Below are positions 26,241 through 40,746 of a DNA stretch of 64,000 nucleotides, piece after piece. Source of the stretch: Octopus vulgaris (Eukaryota). Position numbers and translations under genes: made by a program. The notes beneath the pieces were generated by a model that saw nothing but the letters and a program-made list of their open reading frames with translations, was not told the origin of the DNA and searched no databases. Position 1 is the stretch's first letter. Each line of letters starts with the position of its first letter. The DNA lies in contig OX597818.1 in NCBI GenBank assembly GCA_951406725.2, forward strand, positions 142,228,001 to 142,292,000, in the 5' to 3' direction.

Positions 26241-27249
26241 AACAGTAGTGAAGGAGAGGGTAACAATGGCAATAACAGTTTATAGTCCTAGTTTTGTGTA
26301 GAACCCCTGTAGTCTTGGAGACACACACCAGTGTTGCATGGAAAAAGGGTGTGGTAATACTGTGGTTTGTGAAGTAAAACTGACTAGGGGTAGGGTGTAG
26401 CTAATAATGTAAAATTTGTGGTGGCATTCAAGAAATGGCAACAGGGGTATTGGTGTAGGGGTCAGTTGTAGTGGTAATAATGATCCTTAAGGTTCCCTTT
26501 ATTTCTGCCATTATAATAAACTGTTCAAAAGACGAGCGAGAGACAGGAAAAATTCTTAAATACCATGGCACCAGCACAGAGTTGTGTGAGGTCAGAGCGA
26601 GGAATGGAATGTGTGATGTTGTCCCATGTGTGCCAGAACAAAAGAAGCGGAACTATTTAGAAATTCTAGCCTCCATTTGATGCGCCAGACATGTATCGGA
26701 GAGGAATATAGGAAGCCTTAAAGAATGCGCTGAAATGCCTGCTGTTTATGAAACAACACAGGATAACGGGGCCACAGGTCAGATGTTTAATTGACACTGT
26801 TACAGCAGAAGGAACTGCTCCTGCCTAATTCCCAGTTTTGATAGGCTGAGGATGTTGTTTGGGACCAGAGGAAATTCCAATATTTTTATGCAAAGGGATT
26901 GGCAGGAACAATGAAGCAAGCAAGCATACTTTTGTGACACATTCAACCTTACTCATGTTGTTATGAGTGAGTGAATATGTGAGAAAGAGAGAGGGTATGT
27001 ATGTGTGCGTATACATAGAGAGAGAGAGAGAGAGAGAGAGAGTGTGTGTGTGTACATAGAGAGAGAGAGAGAGAAAGGAAGACAGGCAGACAGAAAGAAA
27101 GAGGTGTGTGTATCAATGCCTTCTTTTTTGTGTCCAAGCACACAAACATATATGTTCATATGCACAAATGTACATACCCACACACACACACATATATATA
27201 TATGCATACACACACACACACACACACATACATATATATATATATGCAT

Positions 27250-27283
<34 letters not shown>

Positions 27284-27287
27284 GCAT

Positions 27288-27319
<32 letters not shown>

Positions 27320-27804
27320 GCATACACACACACACAAACACATAAAAGGTGTCTCCATATATTTCAAGACCCTATCGATTAGTATGGAAAGGTCCTCTTC
27401 AAAAGAGACCATGGTAAGGTTATTTTTTTATTTACTGTTTCTAGGAAAGCCCAGCAGTTTCCCATGCATGCAAATTTCCCTCTCCATGCCACTTATGTTG
27501 TCCAGGGAAACAGCAAGGGCCAGTACAAGTGTTTTGGTAGCCATTGCTGTCATAATGTAAAAAGCTGGAACAGAGGCCACAAGTATTTCCTCCCACCCTT
27601 TAACAGTGCTACCATTCTTCAACCCTAGACTGGTATTTTATTCATCAATCTTGAAAGAATGAAAAACAGAGTTAATCTCAGAAGGATTTGAACTCAGGAA
27701 ACCAAAATAAATGTCACACGTTACTCTATCCAATACTCTAACAATTTTACCAATTTATGATCATGATTTATGCATACACGCACACACACACAAATATATA
27801 CACC

Positions 27805-28338
27805 CGGCAAGCCAAGTGAGATCGTAGCTGTGGCCTATACCAGTGCCGCATAACTGGCCCATTTAAGAGTACCCTTCAGAGTACCCTTCATTGGGTACCC
27901 TTTACCCTTTAAGAGTACCCTTCAGTCATTGGGTACTTGTGCTTGAGAAGACCGGTTGAGTCAAGTGAAATCGTAGTTGTGGTCGATAACTGTGCCACCT
28001 GACTGGCACCCGTGCCAGTGGCACATAATAGTCACCATTTGAGCATGGTTGATGCCAGTGCCGCCAGAGTGGCTCCCATGTCAGAGGCATGTAAAAGGCT
28101 CCATACAAAAGTAGTCAATGCCAGTGTCACATGACTTGCCTCCATGCTGGTGGCACATAAAAAGCACCCACTACACTCTTGGAGTGGTTGACGTTAGGAA
28201 GGGCATCCAGCTGTAGAAACCTTGCCAGACTAGATTGGAGCCTGGTGCAGCCTCCTGGCTTGCCAGTCCTCAGTCAAACCATCCAACTCATGCCAGCATG
28301 GAAAGCAAATGTTAAACAATGATGATGATGATGATGAT
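27805..28338 (+). mobile_element. RTE 3' UTR fragment (family E) with (GAT)n tail
   Basis: CCCGGCAAGCCAAGTGAG...GTTAGGAAGGGCATCCAGCTG...(GAT)n; duplicated at 37830-38368. Confidence 0.8.
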
Positions 28339-28769
28339 GACATATTAGGCATGGTTGTGTGGTAAGAAACCTGCTTCCCAATCACACATTTCTGGGTTCA
28401 TCCCCATTGCGTGGCACTTTGGACAAGTGTCTTCCATAGGTCTGGGTTGACCAAAACCTTGTGAGTGAATTTGATAGATGGAATCTTAAAGAAGCCAGTT
28501 CTGTGTGTGTGTGTGTGTGAGAGAGCATGCATGTGTCGGTGTGTGTGTGTGTGCATCTGAGTTTGTTTCCCACCACTGCTTGACAACTGATATTAATTTC
28601 TTTACACCTTCACAACACAGCTGTTCAGTAAAAGTGACTGATAAAATAAATACCAGCCTTAGAAACAAAATGATAACTGCTAAACACTTCAAAGCAGTGC
28701 TCCAGTATAGCGACAGTCTAATGACTAACACAAAATAGAAGAGAAAAAATATACGTATATATACACACA

Positions 28770-28801
<32 letters not shown>

Positions 28802-28804
<3 letters not shown>

Positions 28805-28929
28805 CATCCAGCTGTAGAAACACTGCCAGATCTGACTGGCCTGGTGCAGCCTTCGGGCTCGCCAGACCCCAGTTGAACCGTCCAACCCATGCTAGCATGG
28901 AAAGCGGACGTTAAACGATGATGATGATG
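28802..28929 (+). mobile_element. Short RTE 3' tail insertion, present only in copy 1
   Basis: Family E tail between ACACATGAA(TA)n direct repeats; absent at 38785-38835. Confidence 0.85.
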
Positions 28930-28973
28930 TACACATGAATATATATATATATATATATACATGAATATATATA

Positions 28974-29113
28974 AATCCTTAAATCCTTAAAAATGTTTTA
29001 GCCCGAAGGCCGCGGCCATGCTGGGGCACCACCGCTGAATGAGCTACACTAGTTTGTGAATCCACCTCTGATACGTGGCACTTGATCAACAAGGGAGTTC
29101 GATGCTGCTGCCC
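28974..29113 (-). mobile_element. 5'-truncated LINE (CR1/L2-group-like ORF2 end plus 3' UTR), present only in copy 1
   Basis: Minus frame [20 protein letters not shown] (stop 29049-29051), (TTTAAGGA)n tail, and flanking ATACATGAATATATATA repeats. Confidence 0.7.
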
Positions 29114-29118
29114 ATACA

Positions 29119-29157
<39 letters not shown>

Positions 29158-29176
29158 GAATATATATATATATATT

Positions 29177-29314
<138 letters not shown>

Positions 29315-29735
29315 CATATACATTAATATATATATATGTATACATGAATATATATATATATATATATATTCAATATTACTTTTTATACATGTTAGGCCAC
29401 TGGTGGTGAAATTTCTAAAAATACTCACCACCCTATAAATTTACGAGTATATATATATATCTGCTGGAGTACACCAGCTGTCAGGAAAGAGAAAGAAAGA
29501 GATGCCGCAGAGAGTACAAAGCCATAAGCCATAAACAGAAAACACATCTTTCTATTTATGACTTATATAGTAGTGTTGGTAGGGGATTCACAAAATGCCT
29601 CTGTAAACAACTAAGATGCAATTCCTTTCTCAACATTTTTCTTCAATATGTCTAATCTCTCGCTCTCTCTCTCTCTCTCTCTCTCACTCACTCTTCTTTC
29701 TTCATACCAAATAACCTGCCAGACATACTCTAGAT

Positions 29736-29954
29736 CAGTGCTTTTCAAACTTTTTGCTGGAGCGGAACCCCAAGAAAACATTTCACTGGCTTGAGGAACC
29801 CCTGTGCAATAATTTAATTGTCCTATGCACACATATCTGCACAGCAGAATTAAAAATTACTGTAGATTTTAGCATTTTTGTAACTTCTTGTGGAACCCCT
29901 GGATTGTACTGGCGGAACCCTAAGGTTCCGCGGAACCCTGGTTGAAAACCACCG
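29736..29954. mobile_element. hAT MITE with a perfect 8-bp TSD
   Basis: TSD CTCTAGAT at 29728-29735 and 29955-29962; TIRs CAGTGCTTTTCAA / TTGAAAACCACCG. Confidence 0.9.
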
Positions 29955-30672
29955 CTCTAGATACATAAGCAGTTTAGTTCTTTAGAAATATGGCCACAAA
30001 AGAGATTTCTGTTTTAGCCTTAAGAACACATTAGATAATGTAGTATTTGATATACATATTAACAGGATGGCCATGGCTGGAAAAACTTCACTATAAATCT
30101 ATTCTGTCAAGCCTGATTAACACTAGAACTAAATGAGAGGAATGACAGCAACTACGAGCAGCGTATAGTTTTGCAAGTGATTCTGTATAGTTACATTAGT
30201 GTGTTTAGGCACATGTTCATATATGTGTGTATTTGTATAATGTGTATGTGTGTGCGAGAGAGTGTGTGTATGCACATGTATATGCATGTGTGTATGTATG
30301 CATGTGCACTTAATACAGATATCTAATCACTGAAACTAAACAGTGTTTACAGCTGATTAGTAGGATAAATTAGGTGATGTAAGAATAATCCCTTTTTTTT
30401 TTTTTTACTGAAGGACCAAGACCTGTTGAGCTTAAGCAGCTGAAACACAATCCACAACACTGTAATTGGCTTTACTATATGTCATTATATAATGTTAAGC
30501 CATTGTTCGTGTGGTAAGTAGCTTGCTTACCAACCACATGGTTCCGGGTTCAGTCCCACTGTGTGGCACCTTGGGCAAGTGTCTTCTTCTATAGCCTCAG
30601 GCTGACCAAAGCCTTGTGAGTAGATTTGGTAGATGGAAACTGAAAGAAGCTCATCGTATATATGTATATATG

Positions 30673-30720
<48 letters not shown>

Positions 30721-30739
30721 TCCCCTAGCATCGCTTGAC

Positions 30740-30839
30740 NNNNNNNNNNNNNNNNNNNNNNNNNNNNNNNNNNNNNNNNNNNNNNNNNNNNNNNNNNNNN
30801 NNNNNNNNNNNNNNNNNNNNNNNNNNNNNNNNNNNNNNN
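30740..30839. other. Assembly gap (100 N)
   Basis: Run of N. Confidence 1.
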
Positions 30840-30963
30840 TCGAGGGAGATTACTCTTGTTAAATCCTTTTTCCTTTTTGCTTTTCTGCTTGACCACCAGG
30901 GTTCACTACAGCAAGCTTAAGAATGATAATGATATAGCTTACAAAACTTTATAGTTTCTTGAA

Positions 30964-31003
<40 letters not shown>

Positions 31004-31751
31004 TGAAAACAGTGAGTCTAGTGAAAGTATCATTTCATTTGAGAACACATTATTAGCCTTAACATATTTCCCAGAACAAGTAACCCCAGGTGGGTATGTT
31101 ATAACTTAATTTTATTATCAGCTAAGCTATGATATGTAATCTTTGCAGTTGCAGATTTCACGCTGCTCGAAAAGTAGTAAACACACACACACATGCATGC
31201 ATTCACACACACACACACACACACACATAAAAACTGGTATTTAATCGTTGATAGACATGCCCCAGTCTCTGCTTTCTGTGCTGCTAGTGTAATGGTGTTT
31301 GTTCTTCAGATCAAGCTGGTCTTCTACAACCCACACTCAAGCACTCTTGAACTTATTTGCCTTGCTCTTCTCTCATTACCCACGTTGTGTCCAATTCCAC
31401 CAGATTCCACTCTAACGAGGCTAATCTTTCCTCCCCATAATAATAAACTCTCTGGAACCCACTCCTTGTCCATGTCTTTTCTGTAGGTGTCACCTTGCAG
31501 TAGTTTAAGCAGAACATTAAGGACATAGATCTCACTGGACCTGGAGGGCCTGTGAAGACCTAGCAAGTAACACACACACACACACATATGCATGCATGCA
31601 CACACACACACACATACACATGAATGCACACACATACATGTGCATGCACACACATGCACACACTCTCTCTCTCTCTCTCTCTTTCTCTTTTTCACACACA
31701 CACATATATTCATATCATTTGTTATTGCTTTAGTAGTGCTTTTGGGTTAGA

Positions 31752-31815
<64 letters not shown>

Positions 31816-31851
31816 AATGAAAGAATGGAGTCGAACGACGATTTAACAAAA

Positions 31852-31950
31852 TTCCTTTATTCTCGGCACATGTTTCGAAGACTGCATATTCTTAATTCCG
31901 AAGGAATAAAGGGTGCATTATGCCGTCTTCTCATCAGGAAAGACAAGGAA
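31852..31950 (-). ncRNA. Duplicate of the decayed type I hammerhead at 22191-22289
   Basis: Same core and stem II. Confidence 0.7.
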
Positions 31951-32458
31951 CTTATGTCAGCATCATGACGAACAAAAACTTTTAGATGACTGCCCACACG
32001 GAGTCCATAGTGATAATGAGTGTTTCTTTAAAATATTCCGTTATAAGCAGTGACGTCAAAATTGGTTGGATGGATAAGATTCTAAAAAGATCAAGAGTTC
32101 AAAAATGGTTGGAAGGGGTAAGTTCTAAGAATAGGGGGGTGACAGAGTGCAAGTCGTATGTATGGTGATGCGTTGTTGTTTGCTTTTGCCAATGAGATTG
32201 AGTGCCTGTGTGTGTGTATGTATATAACTGCATTTGTGTCTATGTGTGTGTATATGTGTGTGGGATTGTTTGTGTATATATATATTAGTGAAGTATTGTT
32301 TAACAGCTGGATGCTCTTCCTGTCGTTAACTCTTACTTGTTATTCAAGTAAAAGAGTTTTCATTCTACAGGTGCCCGGAAATGTCATCATATAACAATGT
32401 CTCTGGTGCAGTACAGCACAGAATGTAAATATTCACATGCATGCACACACACACACGA

Positions 32459-32513
<55 letters not shown>

Positions 32514-32784
32514 ACATGCACACACACAAATACATGCACTTACAAAGTTAAATAAGTAACTACATGTTGAAAATTAATACTAATGCAACCAAAGCCAGGA
32601 ATGTTGCTGCTGCTGCTAATGATGATGGTGATGGTGATGATGTTTTAATATTGAGTGTGTAAGGAGTGGTTTACAACTCATAAAGCATCAATCAACACTC
32701 TATAAGTGTGACGTGAGGTGGGGGAGTAAAAGATGATGAGTATTCATTCTACAATGGTGTACTTTACATAACATTAAACAAACA

Positions 32785-32822
<38 letters not shown>

Positions 32823-33628
32823 TGCTACTTCTACTGCTATTATTTCTCGTATACACACATCCAACAAGTTGATATGAGCCTCTATGTGGACACTCAAACT
32901 TCTAGAAAGAGCAGCCACTTCTCCCTTAAATCACATGGCTCAGTCTTCTCACATGAAGGACACACATTGTATTTGAAAAAAATATAGGCTGATCACAGTC
33001 AGATCACACACAGGTCTAATTGGATCAAGACTTACCTAGGGCTAAACAACAACAACATATATAAAATTTTAAAACATGGGCGCTTCTGTGAGGTCACTCA
33101 TGCTGCTAGAAATATCAACCAAATCTTTCTCTCAAGTCACACCTTAATTTGACATGCTCATGGCATCTTTTTCTGAAATACAACAACATACAATCTTTAA
33201 ATGAAAAAGCCTCTACAATAGAAACCACATCTCCTAGAAATTTCATTGTAATGTAGAGAAAGGATACCATGTAGTTGTTGATACAGACAAATGTGATGGT
33301 CATGGCTGGAATGATTTTGATGACAGATTTGTTCAGTTAGGACTGACCTGGTCTAAACAAGTTACATACATAAATGCCTTCTCTTCTCCCTTCTGTCTGT
33401 TTGTCTGTCTCTCAATATATATTTATCTATGAGCGTGTGTGTAGAGAGAGAGACAGACAGACAGACAGATGGACGAACAGACAGATGGGGAGAGACAGAC
33501 AGACAGACAGACGGGGAGAGAGACAGACATACATAGATACATATTATATGCATACATAACACATATACATGGCACAAATTTAACCAGCACATACCTGCAT
33601 ATTAGGACACATATATTTACACACACAC

Positions 33629-33666
<38 letters not shown>

Positions 33667-35236
33667 CTGCAATAACGACAGCAACAATAACAATCTGAGC
33701 CATCATTACATGTGGTGCCTCAATCAATTAAGCAAACCTCGTTGCTGCTCTGCCCTCAGCATTCCCACCATTTTACACCATCCAAATATTCAAATTAGAT
33801 GCCTCTAGAACATCTGATACCCATATTGATGAAGTGACAGAAGATCACAGGGGATTAATCACATCATGCCCCTCTCCCTCCTCATTGCCACACCCTTCTC
33901 ACCATCCACCTCCCACAATCTTCAGCATACCCTCTACCACTTCATTTTCCTCCACCTCCTCCATCTTCAGGCCTGTTACTGAGCAACAGCAATAAATTCT
34001 ACAGATCGAAATCGATTCCTGATTTAAGGCATGGCATGACATGGTATGTAAGGGGCGTTTTCTGAGATTATATATGAGCTTGGGTATGGTGTATATTCTG
34101 GGGTATGCTTGGTAAGTAGTGTGAGATATGTATGGCATTTATCTGGGTATATCTAGGTATGTATGGTATGTTATCTGAGGTATGCATAATATGTTATCTG
34201 GAGCATGATAGCATGTGACTTGGGATGTAATGGTATGTCATCCGAAGTCATTATTATCAGCATCATCATCATTTAACATACGTTGTCCATGCTGGTATGG
34301 TGTATGGTATATTATGAGATAAGTATGGTATATTTAGAGTATGTATGATATATTACCTGGGAGTATGTATGGCATGTTATTTGGGATATGTATTGTATGT
34401 TACCTGGGGTATGTATGGCACATTACCTGGAGTATGATGATATGTTAGCTGGAAGTATGATGGCATGTTATCTGGGGTTTGTATGGAATGTTGTCCATCA
34501 AGGACTGGACGGTTCACAACACCATGACCCTGTGACCCTGCTATGCATGACAGAGAACAGAGATAGCTTGAATGCAAAAGCATCTAGAGTGGCACCCCGA
34601 ATGCCTGGCTGCACCAGTTAAGAGTACTTGATGATGATAATGATGAGGATGATGAGGATGGTGGTGGTGGTGGTGGTACGTTATTCGGGGATATTTATGG
34701 AATGTATGATACCTGGGTAATGCATGGTGTGTTATCTGGGGTATACATTATCCAAGTCAGATAGAAGCACCATGATGTGATACAGTTCACTTAGAGATTA
34801 ACAAAGACTTAGAGATGAAGCAAGCGACAAAAGTTGGTTTGCTAACTATTGTTGCTGTTGTTGTTGTTGTTGCAGTGGTGGTGGTGGTGGTGGTTTATGC
34901 TTCAAGGATTGTGGAGTAATATTGGCTGTAGTGGTGGTGTCGGCTGTGGTGATAGTGGTTTATGGCGCATGGTCCCGGTGTTGTTATGACAGTGGTATGT
35001 GTATGAAAGAATTTGATTTAGTTTTCTCCTGCAACGACGTTCATAGTGGCATAGTGGTTGTTGTAGTAAGAGTAGTTGTAGTGGTGGTGATAGTAGTGAT
35101 TCATACTCCCTTGTTGGATGGTAGTTCAGGTAGTGGTATTGGTGTTGCTGTTCATACATTGGATGGTGGTTATTTATGCTAGCTGTAGTAGTACTAAAGG
35201 TGAGGATGGTAGTTGTTGAGGTGGCGGTGGTGGTGG

Positions 35237-35288
<52 letters not shown>

Positions 35289-36649
35289 GGTGTGATTCAT
35301 GCTCTTATGATAGTGCTTGTGATTCACACTCCTTGTGGTACTTATTTATGATAGGTACAACAGTAATGGTGAGTGGTGGCAGCGGTATTAATGGCAAAGG
35401 AAATATTAATTAAGATTCTGGAGAGAAGAACAGAATATGTAGTGATTTTGATAATGGTATTGGTGGTAGTGGTGGTGGTAATGATAGTAGTGGTAATGGT
35501 ATGGTGGTGGTGGTGGTGGTGATGTTAATGGTGGTAGTGGTGATGATGATAGTAAATGATGTGGTGGTGGGATGATGGTAATGGTGGTAGTGGTGATGAT
35601 GATAGTAAATAGTCAGGTGTGATGGTGATGGTAATGGTGGTGGTGGTGGTGGTAATTGTGGTAGTGATGATGGTAATAATGGTGGTGGTGGTGATGATAA
35701 TTGTGGTAGTGATGACGGTAATAATGGTGGTGGTGGTGATAATTGTGATGGTGATGTTGGTGGTGGTGGTGATGTCGGTGGTGGTGATGTCGGTGGTGGT
35801 GTTGTTGTTGTTGGCGGTGTTGGTGGTGATAATGGTGGTGGGTGGCAACAGTAGTGAAAGAGAGGGTAGCAATGGCAATAACAGTTTATAGTCCTAGTTT
35901 TGTGTAGAACCCCTGTAGTCTTGGAGACACACACCAGTGTTGCATGGAAAAAGGGTGTGGTAATACTGTGGCTTGTGAAGTAAAACTGACTAGGGGTAGG
36001 GTGTAGCTAATAATGTAAAATTTGTGGTGGCATTCAAGAAATGGCAACAGGGGTATTGGTGTAGGGGTCAGTTGTAGTGGTAATAATGATCCTTAAGGTT
36101 CCCTTTATTTCTGCCATTATAATAAACTGTTCAAAAGACGAGCGAGAGACAGGAAAAATTCTTAAATACCATGGCACCAGCACAGAGTTGTGTGAGGTCA
36201 GAGCGAGGAATGGAATGTGTGATGTTGTCCCATGTGTGCCAGAACAAAAGAAGCGGAACTATTTAGAAATTCTAGCCTCCATTTGATGCGCCAGACATGT
36301 ATCGGAGAGGAATATAGGAAGCCTTAAAGAATGCGCTGAAATGCCTGCTGTTTATGAAACAACACAGGATAACGGGGCCACAGGTCAGATGTTTAATTGA
36401 CACTGTTACAGCAGAAGGAACTGTTCCTGCCTAATTCCCAGTTTTGATAGGCTGAGGATGTTGTTTGGGACCAGAGGAAATTCCAATATTTTTATGCAAA
36501 GGGATTGGCAGGAACAATGAAGCAAGCAAGCATACTTTTGTGACACATTCAACCTTACTCATGTTGTTATGAGTGAGTGAATATGTGAGAAAGAGAGAGA
36601 GAGTGTGTATGTGTGCGTATACATAGAGAGAGAGAGAGTGTGTGTACAT

Positions 36650-36683
<34 letters not shown>

Positions 36684-36774
36684 GAAGACAGGCAGACAGA
36701 AAGAAAGAGGTGTGTGTATCAATGCCTTCTTTTTTGTGTCCAAGCACACAAACATATATGTTCATATGCACAAA

Positions 36775-36813
36775 TGTACATACCCACACACACACACATA
36801 TATATATATGCAT

Positions 36814-36849
<36 letters not shown>

Positions 36850-36853
36850 GCAT

Positions 36854-36891
<38 letters not shown>

Positions 36892-36964
36892 GCATACACA
36901 CACACACACACACATATATATATGCATACACACACACACACACAATATATATATATATATGCAT

Positions 36965-37004
<40 letters not shown>

Positions 37005-37008
37005 GCAT

Positions 37009-37044
<36 letters not shown>

Positions 37045-37082
37045 GCATACACACACACACACACACACATATATATATGCAT

Positions 37083-37116
<34 letters not shown>

Positions 37117-37120
37117 GCAT

Positions 37121-37158
<38 letters not shown>

Positions 37159-37162
37159 GCAT

Positions 37163-37196
<34 letters not shown>

Positions 37197-37266
37197 GCAT
37201 ACACACACACACACACATATATATATATGCATACACACACACACACATATATATATATATATGCAT

Positions 37267-37300
<34 letters not shown>

Positions 37301-37350
37301 GCATACACACACACACACACATATATATATGCATACACACACACACACAA
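36775..37350. repeat. Compound minisatellite [ATGCAT(AC)n(AT)m]k
   Basis: About 15 units here versus about 4 in copy 1 (27170-27335). Confidence 0.9.
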
Positions 37351-38788
37351 ACACATAAAAGGTGTCTCCATATATTTCAAGACCCTATTGATTAGTATGG
37401 AAAGGTCCTCTTCAAGGGAGACCATGGTAAGGTTATTTTTTTATTTACTGTTTCTAGGAAAGCCCAGCAGTTTCCCATGCATGCAAATTTCCCTCTCCGT
37501 GCCACTTATGTTGTCCAAGGAAACAGCAAGGGCCAGTACAAGTGTTTTGGTAGCCATTGCTGTCATAATGTAAAAAGCTGGAACAGAGGCCACAAGTATT
37601 TCCTCCCACCCTTTAACAGTGCTACCATTCTTCAACCCTAGACTGGTATTTTATTCATCAATCTTGAAAGAATGAAAAACAGAGTTAATCTCAGAAGGAT
37701 TTGAACTCAAATAAATGCCACATGTTACTCTATCCAATACTCTAACAATTTTACCAATTTATGATCATGATTTATGTATACACGCACACACACACAAATA
37801 TATACACGCACACACACACAAATGTATACACCCGGCAAGCCAAGTGAGATCGTAGCTGTGGCCTATACCAGTGCCGCATAACTGGCCCATTTAAGAGTAC
37901 CCTTCAGAGTACCCTTCATTGGGTACCCTTTACCCTTTAAGAGTACCCTTCAGTCATTGGGTACTTGTGCTTGAGAAGACCTGTTGAGTCAAGTGAAATC
38001 GTAGTTGTGGTCGATAACTGTGCCACCTGACTGGCACCCATGCCAGTGGCACATAATAGTCACCATTTGAGCGTGGTTGATGCCAGTGCCGCCAGAGTGG
38101 CTCCCATGTCAGAGGCATGTAAAAGGCTCCATACAAAAGTAGTCAATGCCAGTGTCACATGACTTGCCCCCATGCTGGTGGCACATAAAAAGCACCCACT
38201 ACACTCTTGGAGTGGTTGACGTTAGGAAGGGCATCCAGCTGTAGAAACCTTGCCAGACTAGATTGGAGCCTGGTGCCGCCTCCTGGCTTGCCAGTCCTCA
38301 GTCAAACCATCCAACTCATGCCAGCATGGAAAGCAAATGTTAAACAATGATGATGATGATGATGATGACATATTAGGCATGGTTGTGTGGTAAGAAACCT
38401 GCTTCCCAATCACACATTTCTGGGTTCAGCCCCATTGCGTGGCACTTTGGACAAGTGTCTTCCATAGGTCTGGGTTGACCAAAACCTTGTGAGTGAATTT
38501 GATAGATGGAATCTTAAAGAAGCCAGTTCTGTGTGTGTGTGAGAGAGAGCATGCATGTGTCGGTGTGTGTGTGCATCTGAGTTTGTTTCCCACCACTGCT
38601 TGACAACTGATATTAATTTCTTTACACCTTCACAACACAGCTGTTCAGCAAAAGTGACTGATAAAATAAATACCAGCCTTAGAAAAAAAAATGATAACTG
38701 CTAAACACTTCAAAGCAGTGCTCCAGTATAGCCAGTCTAATGACTAACACAAAATAGAAGAGAAAAAATCTACATATATATACACACA

Positions 38789-38834
<46 letters not shown>

Positions 38835-38858
38835 TGAATATATATATATATATATATA

Positions 38859-39246
38859 GGCGCAGGAGTGGCTGTGTGGTAAGTAGCTTGTTTACCAACC
38901 ACATGGTTCCGGGTTCAGTCCCACTGCGTGGCACCTTGGGTAAGTGTCTTCTACTATAGCCTCGGGCCGACCAAAGCCTTGTGAGTGGATTTGGTAGATG
39001 GAAACTGAAAGAAGCCCGTCGTATATATGTATGTATATATGTGTGTCTGTGTTTGTCCCCCTAGCATTGCTTGACAACCGATGCTGGTGTGTTTATGTCC
39101 CCGTTACTTAGCGGTTCGGCAAAAGAGACCGATAGAATAAGTACTGGGCTTACAAAAGAATAAGTCCCGGGGTCGAGTTGCTCGATTAAAGGCGGTGCTC
39201 CAGCATGGCCGCAGTCAAATGACTGAAACAAGTAAAAGAGTAAAGA
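38859..39246 (+). mobile_element. SINE family A, full length and CpG-rich, present only in copy 2
   Basis: GGCGCAGGAGTGGCTGTGTGGTAAG...GTAAAAGAGTAAAG inside (TA)n; absent from copy 1. Confidence 0.92.
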
Positions 39247-39258
39247 ATATATACATGA

Positions 39259-39299
<41 letters not shown>

Positions 39300-39320
39300 A
39301 ATATATATACATACATATAC

Positions 39321-39358
<38 letters not shown>

Positions 39359-39644
39359 TCAATATTACTTTTTATACATGCTAGGCCACTGGTGGTGAGA
39401 TTTCTAAAAATACTCGCCACCCTATAAATTTACGAGTATATATATATATCTGCTGGAGTACACCAGCTGTCAGGAAAGAGAAAGAAAGAGATGCCGCAGA
39501 GAGTACAAAGCCATAAGCCATAAACAGAAAACATATCTTTCTATTTACGACTTATATAGTAGTGTTGGTAGGGGATTCACAAAATGCCTCTGTACACAAC
39601 TAAGATGCAATTCCTTTCTCAACATTTTTCTTCAATATGTCTAA

Positions 39645-39710
<66 letters not shown>

Positions 39711-39754
39711 TCTTCTTTCTTCATACCAAATAACCTGCCAGACATACTCTAGAT

Positions 39755-39955
39755 CAGTGCTTTTCAAACTTTTTGCTGGAGCGGAACCCCAAGAAAACAT
39801 TTCACTGGCTTGAGGAACCCCTGTGCAATAATTTAATTGTCCTATGCACACATATCTGCACAGGAGAATTAAAAATTACTGTCGATTCTAGCATTTTTGT
39901 AACTTCTTGTGGAACCCCTGGACTGTACTGGCGGAACCCTGGTTGAAAACCACTG
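39755..39955. mobile_element. hAT MITE (copy 2, with an 18-bp internal deletion)
   Basis: TSD CTCTAGAT on both sides; TIR end TTGAAAACCACTG. Confidence 0.9.
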
Positions 39956-40056
39956 CTCTAGATACATAAGCAGTTTAGTTCTTTAGAAATATGGCCACAA
40001 AAGAGATTTCTGTTTTAGCCTTAAGAACACATTAGATAATGTAGTATTTGATATAC

Positions 40057-40290
40057 GAAGGCGGCGAGCTGGCAGAAACGTTAGCACGCCGGACGAAATG
40101 TGTAGCCGTATTTCATCTGCCGCTACGTTCTGAGTTCAAATTCCGCCGAGGTCGACTTTGCCTTTCATCCTTTCGGGGTCGATTAAATAAGTACCAGTTA
40201 CGCACTGGGGTCGATGTAATTGACTTAATCCCTTTGTCTGTCCTTGTTTGTCCCCTCTATGTTTAGCCCCCTGTGTACAATAAAGAAATA
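40057..40290 (+). mobile_element. Young SINE family B with a 7-bp TSD, present only in copy 2
   Basis: TSD GATATAC at 40050-40056 and 40291-40297; single GATATAC at the empty site 30049-30055; A box CTGGCAGAAACG, B box GAGTTCAAATTCC. Confidence 0.95.
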
Positions 40291-40746
40291 GATATACATA
40301 TTAGCAGGATGGCCATGGCTGGAAAAACTTCACTATAGATCTATTGTCAAGCCATACTAGAACTAAACGAGAGCAACAACAGCAACTATGAGAAGCGTAT
40401 AGTTTTGCAAGTGATTCTGTATAGTTACATTAGTGTGTTTATGCACATCTTCATATATGTGTGTATTTGTATGTGTGTATGTGTGTGTGCGAGAGAGTGT
40501 GTGTATGCACATGTATATGCATGTGTGTATGTATGCATGTGCACTTAATACAGATATCTAATCACTGAAACTAAACAGTGTTTACAGCTGATCAGTAGGA
40601 TAAATTAGGTGATGTAAGAATAATCCCTTTTTTTTTTTTTTTACTGAAGGACCAAGACCTGTCGAGCTTAAGCAGCTGAAACACAATCCACAACAATACT
40701 GCTATTGGCTTTACTATATGTCATTATATAATGTTAAGCCATTGTT

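Noticed and set aside
26471-26950. Unique island nearly identical in both copies (possible conserved element or ORF)
   Set aside because: Its identity is not clearly above that of other parts of the duplication; the ORF is short, has a non-ATG start and shows no recognisable motif
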